DNA of 63,960 bases, filler included, from Lama guanicoe (Eukaryota): the NCBI GenBank assembly GCA_013239625.1. It is 80 parts of 79 records of this genome, joined end to end, with 100 filler letters (N's around TTAATTAATTAA, not from the genome) between each part and the next. Parts side by side here need not be neighbours in the genome. Positions count along the whole stretch, not along the records: positions 1 to 1,138 come from MU054440.1; positions 1,239 to 1,993 come from MU054442.1; positions 2,094 to 2,915 come from MU054444.1; positions 3,016 to 4,074 come from MU054445.1; positions 4,175 to 4,605 come from MU054446.1; positions 4,706 to 5,391 come from MU054447.1; positions 5,492 to 6,198 come from MU054450.1; positions 6,299 to 7,024 come from MU054451.1; 72 more parts are not named here. One strand, written 5' to 3'. Below the pieces are notes generated by a model. The model was not told the DNA's origin, did not search any database, and saw only the letters and a program-made list of their open reading frames with translations. The position numbers were made by a program, and so were the translations under genes. Positions 1-11,842 of this stretch are shown here, piece after piece. The number at the start of each line of letters is the position of its first letter. Within the stretch, counting starts at the first letter, position 1.

Positions 1-1138
1 TCTATGGAAAAATATTAACTCAGTTACTCTGGTCTTTTTTTGATTGGGCCTTTGTTTTTCATATTGAGTTGTGTAACCTAAATCCATGTTACTTCTATTA
101 ACGTACACCTATTATCCCTTGGCCACTTGCATTAATTGCAAATATGTTCTCCAATTACACAGGCAGTGTTTTCATTTCATTCAAACTGTCCTTAGCTGTG
201 CAGAAGTTTTCAAGTTTATTTAGGTCTCTCTTGCTTATTTTTGCTTTTACTTTTTTTGCCTTAGGAGACTGATACAAGAAATTATTCCTATGATATATAT
301 CCAATAGTCTATCACCTATATCCCCTTCTAGCAGTTTTATAGTATCAGGTCTTACTTTAGGTCCTTAATAAACTTGGAGTTTATTTTTGTATATGATGTC
401 AGGGAAAGCTCTCATTTCACACTATTACATGTATATGTCCAGCTTTCCAAACACCATCCATTGACAAGATTGTCTTTTCTCCATTGTGTACTCTTGCCTA
501 TTTTATCAATGATTCATTGCTCATAGGTGTGTGGAATTATTTCTAGGCTCTCTATCTGATTTTATTGATTATATCTCTGTGCCAATGTCATGCTGTTTTT
601 ATTACTGTAGNNNNNNNNNNNNNNNNNNNNNNNNNNNNNNNNNNNNNNNNNNNNNNNNNNNNNNNNNNNNNNNNNNNNNNNNNNNNNNNNNNNNNNNNNN
701 NNNNNNNNNNNNNNNNNNNNNNNNNNNNNNNNNNNNNNNNNNNNNNNNNNNNNNNNNNNNNNNNNNNNNNNNNNNNNNNNNNNNNNNNNNNNNNNNNNNN
801 NNNNNNNNNNNNNNNNNNNNNNNNNNNNNNNNNNNNNNNNNNNNNNNNNNNNNNNNNNNNNNNNNNNNNNNNNNNNNNNNNNNNNNNNNNNNNNNNNNNN
901 NNNNNNNNNNNNNNNNNNNNNNNNNNNNNNNNNNNNNNNNNNNNNNNNNNNNNNNNNNNNNNNNNNNNNNNNNNNNNNNNNNNNNNNNNNNNNNNNNNNN
1001 NNNNNNNNNCATGACTAACGAAATGCAAGAGACAACTTTATGTTAATCTTATACCCTGCTCCCTTGTTGAAATTATTTATTGTTGATATTAGTCTGTGTG
1101 GAGAACTTAAGACTCTATGAAGATTGTTATGTTATGTC
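1..1138 (-). mobile_element. Decayed LINE-1 ORF2 3' portion (internal N gap 611-1009)
   Basis: Typical antisense L1 ORF2 tracts: 'gctgtgcagaagttttcaagtttatttaggtc', 'ggagtttatttttgtatatgatg', 'ccagctttccaaacaccatccattgacaagattgtcttttctccattg'. Confidence 0.9.
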
Positions 1139-1238
1139 NNNNNNNNNNNNNNNNNNNNNNNNNNNNNNNNNNNNNNNNNNNNTTAATTAATTAANNNNNN
1201 NNNNNNNNNNNNNNNNNNNNNNNNNNNNNNNNNNNNNN
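1139..1238. other. Artificial scaffold-joining spacer N44-TTAATTAATTAA-N44 (first of 79; last 12-mer at 63413-63424)
   Basis: An invariant palindromic 12-mer is flanked by 44 N on each side wherever I counted (e.g. 1183, 45120, 58478). It puts TAA in all six frames, and unrelated sequence lies on either side. Confidence 0.98.
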
Positions 1239-1409
1239 ACCAAATAGACTAACTAGCAATTTTGCTGATATTGATGTTAATTAGCAAGTGCTGATATTTT
1301 GGATTTTTAGCTTGTTGTATATAAACTTTATTGAAGAATTGAAATTGTTCTTAGGCAAAAATATTGGGTGCACATTAATTAATTACATTGTAGAGGCAAA
1401 ATCTTTATA

Positions 1410-1993
1410 CAGTCATCTCTCATTATCTGCTGAGGATTGGTTCTGAGACCCCCTCAGATACCAAGTCCATGGATGCTCATGTCCTTATGTAAAATGGCAT
1501 AGTATTTGCATATAATCTATGCACATCCTCTTGTATACTTTAAATCATCTCTAGATTACTTTTAGTACCTAATACAATGTAATTATTTGTAANNNNNNNN
1601 NNNNNNNNNNNNNNNNNNNNNNNNNNNNNNNNNNNNNNNNNNNNNNNNNNNNNNNNNNNNNNNNNNNNNNNNNNNNNNNNNNNNNNNNNNNNNNNNNNNN
1701 NNNNNNNNNNNNNNNNNNNNNNNNNNNNNNNNNNNNNNNNNNNNNNNNNNNNNNNNNNNNNNNNNNNNNNNNNNNNNNNNNNNNNNNNNNNNNNNNNNNN
1801 NNNNNNNNNNNNNNNNNNNNNNNNNNNNNNNNNNNNNNNNNNNNNNNNNNNNNNNNNNNNNNNNNNNNNNNNNNNNNNNNNNNNNNNNNNNNNNNNNNNN
1901 NNNNNNNNNNNNNNNNNNNNNNNNNNNNNNNNATACACATATACATATATATTTTTGATCTATTGTTTATACCTGTGAATGCAGAACCAATGG
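1410..1993 (+). mobile_element. MER2-like Tigger/TcMar DNA transposon relic (internal gap)
   Basis: Starts TA|CAGTC; 'ggattggttctgagaccccctcagataccaagtccatggatgctca...atactttaaatcatctctagattact' matches the MER2 consensus as I recall it; 3'-TIR-like sequence at 1950-1993. Confidence 0.85.
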
Positions 1994-2093
1994 NNNNNNN
2001 NNNNNNNNNNNNNNNNNNNNNNNNNNNNNNNNNNNNNTTAATTAATTAANNNNNNNNNNNNNNNNNNNNNNNNNNNNNNNNNNNNNNNNNNNN

Positions 2094-2915
2094 CCCTAGC
2101 ATTCCCTGGCACAGAGACATCAGGAAAACCCTCAGGAGAGACTAGCTTAGGCATTTCGTTATAACCCACACTCTGCCGACCGTTGGTGGAACCTCCCCAC
2201 ACTCAGGATTCCGGAACCATTGTCATTGCGGGGGGGAGCTCGAGAGACATCTCCACGCAGCTCTCTTCAGTCACAGGTGTTCCCTGTTCGGGGAAGTCCG
2301 AGAAATAACTTCTCTGACCTTGGGGAGGCAGCCTCTGTCTCTAAGAATTCCTGCAAACACCCCTAGCATTCCCTGGCACAGAGACATCAGGAAAACCCTC
2401 AGGAGAGACTAGCTTAGGCATTTCGTTATAACCCACACTCTGCCGACCGTTGGTGGAACCTCCCCACGCTCAGGATTCCGGAACCATTGTCAGTGCGTCG
2501 GTGAGGAGAGAGAAAACTCCACGCAGCTCTCTTCAGTCACAGGTGTTCCCTGTTCGGGGAAGTCCGAGAAATAACTTCTCTGACCTTGGGGAGGCAGCCT
2601 CTGGCCCTGGGATTTCCTGCAACCACCCCTAGCATTACCTGGCACAGAGACATTAGGAAAACCCTCAGGGGAGACGAGCTTAGGCATTCCGTTAGAACCC
2701 ACGCGCTGTCGATCGTTGGTGGAACCTCCCCACGCTCAGGATTCCGGNNNNNNNNNNNNNNNNNNNNNNNNNNNNNNNNNNNNNNNNNNNNNNNNNNNNN
2801 NNNNNNNNNNNNNNNNNNNNNNNNGCGGGGAAGTAACTTCTCAGACCTTGGGGAGGCAGCCTCTCCTCCTGGGACTTCCTGCAAACACCCCTAGCATTCC
2901 CTGGCACAGAGACAT
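2094..2915 (+). repeat. ~267-bp GC-rich satellite (family A), about 3 monomers
   Basis: 'ccctagcatt' recurs at 2094, 2361 and 2627 (period 266-267). Each monomer carries 'ggtggaacctccccac(a/g)ctcaggattccgg'. Confidence 0.95.
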
Positions 2916-3015
2916 NNNNNNNNNNNNNNNNNNNNNNNNNNNNNNNNNNNNNNNNNNNNTTAATTAATTAANNNNNNNNNNNNNNNNNNNNNNNNNNNNN
3001 NNNNNNNNNNNNNNN

Positions 3016-4074
3016 AGAGCACAACCCATAACTTCGCTCAAAACCCGGCCAAGGAAAATACTCAACGAAGTCAATCTAATGGATCCAATTAGATCCCAGC
3101 TCCTATTTTCAGTTGCAGGAGCCTCCCCACACTCAGGATACCAGAAAACTTCGTGTGTGTGCTGGAGGTGGGGAAGCAAAGAACACGCATTTTTCAGGGG
3201 TCACAGTAATTCCCAAGTTGTGGGTNNNNNNNNNNNNNNNNNNNNNNNNNNNNNNNNNNNNNNNNNNNNNNNNNNNNNNNNNNNNNNNNNNNNNNNNNNN
3301 NNNNNNNNNNNNNNNNNNNNNNNNNNNNNNNNNNNNNNNNNNNNNNNNNNNNNNNNNNNNNNNNNNNNNNNNNNNNNNNNNNNNNNNNNNNNNNNNNNNN
3401 NNNNNNNNNNNNNNNNNNNNNNNNNNNNNNNNNNNNNNNNNNNNNNNNNNNNNNNNNNNNNNNNNNNNNNNNNNNNNNNNNNNNNNNNNNNNNNNNNNNN
3501 NNNNNNNNNNNNNNNNNNNNNNNNNNNNNNNNNNNNNNNNNNNNNNNNNNNNNNNNNNNNNNNNNNNNNNNNNNNNNNNNNNNNNNNNNNNNNNNNNNNN
3601 NNNNNNNNNNNNNNNNNNNNNNNNNNNNNNNNNNNNNNNNNNNNNNNNNNNNNNNNNNNNNNNNNNNNNNNNNNNNNNNNNNNGTGTTCTGGTGGTGGGG
3701 AACCAGAGTCCATGCTTTTTTCAAGGAGCACAGGTATTCCCATGTTGTGGGGTTTTGGTTAATAACCTCCAAATCCCATGGAGAAGCACTCGCTAATACT
3801 TGGATTTAGAGCCCAACCCACCCTTTCTCCAGCACTCCGTATCAGGCAACCAAACAGTGTAGACAAGTTAAGCGATTTTATAAGAACCAAGGCCCTGCTC
3901 TCAGTTGGAGGAGGCTGCCCACTCTCAGGATAACAGTGCAAGTGTTCGTGTGTGTGCTGGAGGTGTGGAAACAGACTCCACGGATCTTTATCGGGGCACA
4001 GATGTTCCCAGGTTAGCGATGTACTTTAAATACCTCCATAAACCATAGAGAGGTCATCGCAAATACTTGGTGTC
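3016..4074 (+). repeat. Diverged ~268-bp satellite related to family A
   Basis: 'gtgt(t/g)ctgg(t/a)ggtg' recurs at 3684 and 3952 (period 268). Colinear similarity to family A around 'cccac(a/t)ctcaggata' and 'actccacg...cacagatgttccc'. Confidence 0.8.
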
Positions 4075-5957
4075 NNNNNNNNNNNNNNNNNNNNNNNNNN
4101 NNNNNNNNNNNNNNNNNNTTAATTAATTAANNNNNNNNNNNNNNNNNNNNNNNNNNNNNNNNNNNNNNNNNNNNCCCTAATCAAAGCCACGGACACATGA
4201 GTTAACATGCTAAATATGTGTATACACATATATATACACAATTCACACTGTTTTCATATCAGCTGTTTTGAATTTCTTAACATATCCACTATGTTAATTC
4301 CAACTGTACACACTGTTGTAAGAGTTTCTCCCACTAAGAATGCAATATCCCACAAGGCAAAAAAAAAANNNNNNNNNNNNNNNNNNNNNNNNNNNNNNNN
4401 NNNNNNNNNNNNNNNNNNNNNNNNNNNNNNNNNNNNNNNNNNNNNNNNNNNNNNNNNNNNNNNNNNNNNNNNNNNNNNNNNNNNNNNNNNNNNNNNNNNN
4501 NNNNNNNNNNNNNNNNNNNNNNNTAAGGTAGGAGAAGAAGACAAACAAAACTTGGTGCAACTTGCTAGAAACATTTGGGGAACATAAAACGGGTCATCCT
4601 CCTAGNNNNNNNNNNNNNNNNNNNNNNNNNNNNNNNNNNNNNNNNNNNNTTAATTAATTAANNNNNNNNNNNNNNNNNNNNNNNNNNNNNNNNNNNNNNN
4701 NNNNNACTGTGTAATGCAGGTGGCCCCACCAAAGTAGTTCTTTTTGGGGGGGGTGGGAGTAGAGAAGAGAAACAAAGAGGAAAAAGTCTTTAAAGAATAT
4801 CTTGTTTGGGAATGCACAGGTTAGTTTGTGAGTTGCATCATGTTGACTTTTCCTATGTTCACATCTGAGAATACTGAAAGGCATTCTAGTTTCTCCTTTG
4901 ACACTACCTACCTCTGTAAATCTTCAGCAAATCCCTGACCTCTCTCNNNNNNNNNNNNNNNNNNNNNNNNNNNNNNNNNNNNNNNNNNNNNNNNNNNNNN
5001 NNNNNNNNNNNNNNNNNNNNNNNNNNNNNNNNNNNNNNNNNNNNNNNNNNNNNNNNNNNNNNNNNNNNNNNNNNNNNNNNNNNNNNNNNNNNNNNNNNNN
5101 NNNNNNNNNNNNNNNNNNNNNNNNNNNNNNNNNNNNNNNNNNNNNNNNNNNNNNNNNNNNNNNNNNNNNNNNNNNNNNNNNNNNNNNNNNNNNNNNNNNN
5201 NNNNNNNNNNNNNNNNNNNNNNNNNNNNNNNNNNNNNNNNNNNNNNNNNNNNNNNNNNNNNNNNNTACAGAGAGTCTCTTCCATTCCAGACTTATCACTG
5301 AATCTAATTCAGTGAACTTTTCCTTTTCATCTCGCATAGGCCTACAGTGTCAATGTTTCATTGATATTAAGTACTACAGCAACTTAACTTTNNNNNNNNN
5401 NNNNNNNNNNNNNNNNNNNNNNNNNNNNNNNNNNNTTAATTAATTAANNNNNNNNNNNNNNNNNNNNNNNNNNNNNNNNNNNNNNNNNNNNTGATCATTG
5501 ATTGGATATAGGAGAAAAGGAAGAAATGGCAATAATGGCTCTAGAAAGTTATGAGAGTATTTCTTCACTAAAGATTCAGAGTTAGTATGTTTAACAAATC
5601 ATTTAAGGGGTAAAATATGAATAATAATCTTTTCTTGCTTGATTTTAAAACCTGTATTTCTATAAGTTTTAATTAAAACCTCTAACTATTTAAGTGTAAA
5701 GTTGTTTTAGGTATAATTTTCCCTTAATGTATGCTTAGTTTTATGTACTCTTTAAATGAAAAACTCTGGATAGCATCTTCAATCTATGATCTGTGTTTCT
5801 GTTGTCATAACCATATTCTATTCACGGCAAGATTTATACTGTGTGTGTGTGTGTATGTAATATATACTTAGTGTGCATTGTATACCCCATTAAAGTAATC
5901 CAAGAATAACATAAAAAGCGCTATTTGGGTTTTAATATATCTATTTTTTATTGCTGT

Positions 5958-6067
5958 TTATTTTTCTCTGTCAGTATCTGTAGTCTTTTTCTGTGTACCA
6001 GCTGTAAGCCAAATATCCTTAAAAACACTGTTTCTTTCATCCAGCAATGTGGTTGTATGAATGCCAG
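5958..6067 (-). other. Candidate terminal exon (gene unidentified)
   Basis: On the minus strand a ~50-nt polypyrimidine tract ends in TTTCAG (plus 6068-6121). An open frame GIHTTTLLDERNSVFKDIWLTAGTQKKTTDTDREK* follows, then AATAAA just after the stop. No homologue recognised. Confidence 0.25.
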
Positions 6068-6599
6068 CTGAAATAGAAAGAGAAAGAGTAGATAAGGGAA
6101 GAAGAGAAAAGTGAGAGAAAAATGTGAATAGGCTCCTAACTAGGAAGCTCAAAGATTGCACTATTGTGGCAGGCCCACCTGGGTATCTGTGTGGTGTGNN
6201 NNNNNNNNNNNNNNNNNNNNNNNNNNNNNNNNNNNNNNNNNNTTAATTAATTAANNNNNNNNNNNNNNNNNNNNNNNNNNNNNNNNNNNNNNNNNNNNTC
6301 TTGTGGGCTCTGTCGAGCAAAGGTGTGAGGTGGGGCTGTGGCAGGAAGGAGGACAGGGGTTTCAGGCTGCAACTCAGTTGATATCACAGAATGTTCTGGC
6401 GTCAATAATATGCTTTGGAATGAGCACATTCAAAATGACCATAGATTTCCTCGTGAAAAGAAAGGTCTTGTTTATTCAATACAAAAGGGAAGTTACCTGG
6501 AAACAGCTTGCTCCCCATGCCNNNNNNNNNNNNNNNNNNNNNNNNNNNNNNNNNNNNNNNNNNNNNNNNNNNNNNNNNNNNNNNNNNNTTTACTGCCTC

Positions 6600-7024
6600 C
6601 TTACGTAGTTGTCACAGTACCAGTGACTTCCCAGCCCCTCCAAGCTGTCCTCCTGCAAACCATCTCTCCCTCACCTACAGCACACTTCATTATTTCTTAG
6701 CAATGTGGACCCACCCTTTTTAACCATCGTGTCTCCAGTGTCCCCCCACCATGGGCACACTGTACTTCAGCCAAACTTGACTAATGCCTGTCTTTCAACC
6801 ACATTTTCTCTTATCCTCTAGCATTGGTTCCGTGAAGGTGTTGCTCACATTGTTATCTCACGCTGTATGTACTTTTATTTCCTTGCCACCTCTAATCTCC
6901 CTATGGAGGCTGTGAACTCCCTCAGGGCTTTATTATTCACACAGGATGCACACCCCACCCTGCCCTGTGCAGAGAGGAGAATCTGGCACACAGTCAGCAC
7001 AGAGTCAATGTAGACTTAAAATAA
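6600..7024 (+). mobile_element. L2-like relic
   Basis: Pyrimidine-rich body with L2-tail-like 'gaggctgtgaactccctcagggc...ctggcacacagtcagcac'. Confidence 0.45.
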
Positions 7025-8479
7025 NNNNNNNNNNNNNNNNNNNNNNNNNNNNNNNNNNNNNNNNNNNNTTAATTAATTAANNNNNNNNNNNNNNNNNNNN
7101 NNNNNNNNNNNNNNNNNNNNNNNNACTCCCTCTCGATTTCTTGACTTTTTCCACAGAGTCTTGTATAATCATTCTGTATCGGTATGATTTCTGCCAGCCA
7201 GAACCCACAGTTCCAGGTGAGAACGATGCAGGCTTTATTTCTCCTACCAGATGGAGAGAGAGAAGAGAATTGTGATCTGCTCCCCCGTGGTCCCTTCCTG
7301 CCCCAGGGCCACTGCAGTTCACCTGCAGCCTTCTGGCCTCTGCTCAGAGGGCCTCTGTCCCAGGACTGACTGCAGCCTTTTCTTCCCTTGTCAACATACC
7401 TTGTCAACATTTGCTGTGCCTTTCAGAAGTTGGTCTCTTCTCTGCAATACAACCCCGGCAGACTTGATGGTGGTCAGCGTGCTGGTGGGCAGTCCTTTGG
7501 GGACTCCCATGAGCCATGGTGATTTTCCTGAGTCTCTCAATCGGGGTTAAAGTACAGTCGAGCACCGTTGGAAGCCCATTCACGAGAGGTCAACAGAGCA
7601 TTTCATCAGTTTCATTTTATTTTTAAATTTTCAGTGGAGAAATTATTTGTAGCAAACTGTTCCAGATTTTCGGCCGCCTACTTTCCACACCACGATTTCC
7701 TTGTTGGCTCTGGTACTTGTTTTAAGAACCAAGTTTCTTCTCTGTTCTTTTGTATCTGCTGGGCTTGCACAACACTTGATCTGCATTTGAAGCAAAATGT
7801 TTCTTCGTGATGTCAAACTGATTTTCATATTTCTGAATATTTCATGTACACTCAGCAACTGTTTGAAGTGAAATGCTCTTGTCCAATTCCGGTTAACTCA
7901 CATTTGCTAATCTCCTGCTTTCATGCTGAGGACAGTTTCTTCTTACTCTAACAAAAGTTAGCAATTTGCATTTACTATGGGAGGTACTGGCCCGAGGTGC
8001 TTTTTTTCTTAACAGTTTTANNNNNNNNNNNNNNNNNNNNNNNNNNNNNNNNNNNNNNNNNNNNTTAATTAATTAANNNNNNNNNNNNNNNNNNNNNNNN
8101 NNNNNNNNNNNNNNNNNNNNAGACCTCATGAAAGAAATCTCAGTAAATTTTTAAATAATCTTAGAAAAAAATGTTAAATAATCTTAGAAAAATCCCAAAC
8201 GTTGTGTGCATGGCTGGACCTGATACGAATCAGTATAATAATAAAGACTTGTAAAACCTGATTATCAGAAAGACTTCTGGTCAGACCCAGCTGGCCGTTG
8301 GACGTGCACTTGTGGGAGAGATCTGAATAGTTCTGCAAAAGCGTTGAAATTGAATTGACATTCAACCCAGAGCCAAAGAAGACGGGCTGAAACCTGTGGC
8401 CTGAATTTAACCAGGTATGCCAAAACAAACATACCAACTTTATTCAAAGGATTAAAAAAAAAAAACCTCAGTGTATGAA

Positions 8480-8630
8480 AGCATGATATAGCAGTCCAAA
8501 ATTCCTCAGCATATGAAGAACAGGAGACTCTCAATTCTTACGGGAAAAGACGATTAAGAAACATCAACGTTGACATGACAAAGTTAATAGAATTACCTGA
8601 AAAAGATTTTAAAATAGAAAGTTATTTAAA
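8480..8630 (+). mobile_element. Ancient L1M/HAL1 ORF1-like fragment
   Basis: 'catcaacgttgacatgacaaagttaatagaattacctgaaaaagattttaaaatag' (MTKLIELPEKDFK) resembles the start of old L1 ORF1. Confidence 0.55.
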
Positions 8631-8711
8631 ATATTCTAACGAGATATTGCAAGCACTCCTAAAATTAATAGATAGGTTGGAGGACTCAGAAATGAGGTAT
8701 AAAGAAGCATC

Positions 8712-8928
8712 AGAAGGGGGTCCGCCGCATCTCCGCCAGCTGTCGGCCCTGAACCGCGCGCCGCCGGGAGCTCTCAGACTCGAGCCGGCGCCGAGGAGCC
8801 CGGGGCCGCCGCCCATAGCGGCCGAGCGCAGGGGCGGCTGAGCGGGACGCCGCCGCCTCCTCCTCCTCAGAGGGCGGCAGCCCGGGCCCGGCAGCCACGC
8901 CTAAGACCCCTGGGACGGGCGCCTGCGG
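8712..8928 (+). other. CpG-island-like GC-rich block with an abrupt left edge; possible 5' end of a retrocopy
   Basis: Sharp switch from AT-rich L1-like sequence to CpG-dense GCC/CCT-rich sequence right after the A-rich 'tataaagaagcatc'. Confidence 0.4.
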
Positions 8929-9847
8929 NNNNNNNNNNNNNNNNNNNNNNNNNNNNNNNNNNNNNNNNNNNNTTAATTAATTAANNNNNNNNNNNNNNNN
9001 NNNNNNNNNNNNNNNNNNNNNNNNNNNNACTGCCCAGGTTGAGACGATCAGATTGCTCACATCTATACAGGGGCTTGAGCGGGGGGCGGCATCTCCTGCC
9101 AAAGGTTCACAGAATGAATGTTTCCAGGTACACCTGCCCCATGGAGGCAGGCGTTCTACAGTCAGAGGCTGCAGTGAGGAGGCGGGGCTGCCCCACCCAG
9201 CCCCTGTATCAGCTATCATCACCTCCTTGGCAGATCCAGGGGTCCATCTCTGGTACCCTGGTACAAGAGGTTAAACTCATGTTTTGGCAAGCACCCGGGA
9301 GGCGGGCGAGGGGTGGTCAAGGGGCGGGGAGGGGGCGGTGCGGTGGCAAAAAGAACACAGAACTGAGGCCAAGGGTGGCTAGACAAGACTGTGAATTACC
9401 AACCTGTGGCACCCTCAGCCTGCTCTGGGGAGCCCCCTGATGCCTCAGGGTGGCAATTGGCATTCCTAAAGGTCAGTCGAGTCTTGGGAGGCATCCTCCA
9501 TTAGAGATACAAAGAAACAAATAAATAGAAAGACAGACACAATAGACTCTACCTCCAGTTAGAAACAGCCATATATCCTAAACTTCTCCTAATAATGCAT
9601 TATATAGGTAGACACATACATACATAGCCAGAAACCAACAAACACACACATGCACACACTAGCTTCCTATTTCTCCTCAATTAATTAGGTAGTGAGATGC
9701 ACTAATCTCCTCCTCCATTAGATAATAGATAGAGAAACGTAATAGACNNNNNNNNNNNNNNNNNNNNNNNNNNNNNNNNNNNNNNNNNNNNTTAATTAAT
9801 TAANNNNNNNNNNNNNNNNNNNNNNNNNNNNNNNNNNNNNNNNNNNN

Positions 9848-10515
9848 TATCTCAAAGCTGTCTCACACCAAGTGAAAACCAAAGTTCTTACAATGAACTA
9901 CATTTAATGATCTGGCACCCCATAATCCAATGCTCCCTCTGTCTTTGCTTCATCTACTATTGTGCCCCTTTAAACATATTCCTGCCACAGGACATTTGCA
10001 CTTGACATCCCTGCTGCCCGAATGTGCTTTTCCAGGTACCTCTATGGCCAATTCAGTCCTTCATTTCCTTCAGATTTCTACCCAGTGAGTCCTTCACTGA
10101 GTGCCCTGCAGAGATTCCTCAACTGACCCTGACCTGACCTGTAACACTCTCTTCCTCAATGTTCCTGCTTAGCTTTCTTTTTAATATATTTACTTTTTGC
10201 CTTGCTTACTGTCTGCTCTACTGCATTTTAAGCCATGCTGGAACAGGTATCTCATCAGTTTTGTTCAGTTTTGTATGAACAGCCCCTAGAAGAGCATCTG
10301 AAACAAAATGCCCTGTGAATGTTTGCTGGGGGAACGCATGTCATAAGCATGACTTAACCACTAACTTTCCGCCTTGTTTCCTGGTCTTTATTCCCTGCAC
10401 AATGCTAATCAGCCCCAGTTAGATTGCCAGGGCTTGAGGTCATGGCCTCGGTTTCATCTTTTTGAATTCCTGACACAACTAGAACAGTGCCGAGCATATG
10501 AAAAAAATTCAATAT
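9848..10515 (+). mobile_element. L2 3' end plus a second L2 tail
   Basis: 'cctgccacaggacatttgcacttg', 'cagcccctagaagagcatctg...gaatgtttgctg' and 'ctagaacagtgccgagcata...ttcaata'. Confidence 0.75.
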
Positions 10516-11842
10516 ATATATAAGTTTTGATTTTTAAGGTGTTGTAACTGAAAAAAACATCTAAAGTAAAAAAAAAANNNNNNNNNNNNNNNNNNNNNNN
10601 NNNNNNNNNNNNNNNNNNNNNTTAATTAATTAANNNNNNNNNNNNNNNNNNNNNNNNNNNNNNNNNNNNNNNNNNNNAACCAGCCGGGAGAAAGCTCTCT
10701 AGGGCCTCTGCAGTGGGAAAGGCAGCGCCTCTGAGCACCTGTTGTTGTGTATTCTTCTTGCCTCCACATGGGTTCACTAGGCACCGTGCAGGACGATGCA
10801 GTTAATTGAGGTGGAGGACGGAGGACGGGGAGACCCCTGCTGTGTGGCGAGCCACAGGAGCCCACACTTGAAGGACAAAATGTAGAGTAGTGGGGAGGTC
10901 ATAGGAACAGAGGATGGTTGAGACCCAGGATAGTGTCAGCAGCCAAGGCGGGCAGATGGGGTCCTGGGGCATGGGCAGCACTTGAGGGATCTGAAGCAAA
11001 GATAGGAACCAAGAGACTGGATTCGTGTGGGGGTATGGCGCCCCTTGGAGGCTGCAGGGCAGGGCAGCGAGCCCAGGGGGAGCGGGCACTTCCCCAAAGC
11101 TGGGTTGACAGGTCACAACCAACTCACTGGGGAACGAGAGGCACTGAGTCATTTTTAAATTTTTGTCCCTCTTCCTGGAAAAGAAACTACTGCCTGTTAA
11201 ATAGCCTGTGTCGTTAGTGAGAACTAAAGACATGAAGCAAGATTGCCTCAAATGTCATCTATTGTGTAGTTGTTAATAAGTGTCAAATGCAAACTGGAAT
11301 AGATGAAATGAAACATTCAACAGAGGATTTTAAAATCATTTAAAATAAAAATTCTTGCTGCCTTTGTTCTTCATTTCAGGGTTCACTTGGTGATAATAAT
11401 AGTAACCAAAGCAACAGCAAACCCTTACAGAGCTCTGTCCTGCTGTTCCAGGAACGCTGTGTTCACGACAACCCAATGAGTNNNNNNNNNNNNNNNNNNN
11501 NNNNNNNNNNNNNNNNNNNNNNNNNTTAATTAATTAANNNNNNNNNNNNNNNNNNNNNNNNNNNNNNNNNNNNNNNNNNNNGTAGCTGGTTCACTTGGAT
11601 CTGGTGGACACAGGGACCGCTAAATGGGACTGTATCTTCCTCTCTGCTTCAGCCAGTGGGCATTAAGAGCCGGGTCTGTGGTTTGCCTCAGCAGCCGTGC
11701 AGGCCTCCCTGCACCGGCCTGTACTTTAACCCCTTTTTGGCAGTAAATAGCTGACTCTGTGTCTGTTGCAGCTGATTCCACCACTGACGGCCATGTCGTT
11801 ATTTTGCGGTAGTGAATCTCCAACACCCCTGTCAGCCGTGAA

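Noticed and set aside
2440..2480. Possible CENP-B box in family A ('ccgttggtggaacc')
   Set aside because: It does not match the NTTCGNNNNANNCGGGN core.
2450..2967. Recurrent ORFs such as VEPPHAQDSG / VGGTSPRSGFR in several fragments, resembling a gene family
   Set aside because: They are translations of the 267-bp satellite (267 is divisible by 3), with stops and frameshifts varying among monomers.
9029..9747. Possible ERV leader/gag fragment
   Set aside because: No primer-binding site or gag motif could be recovered by eye.
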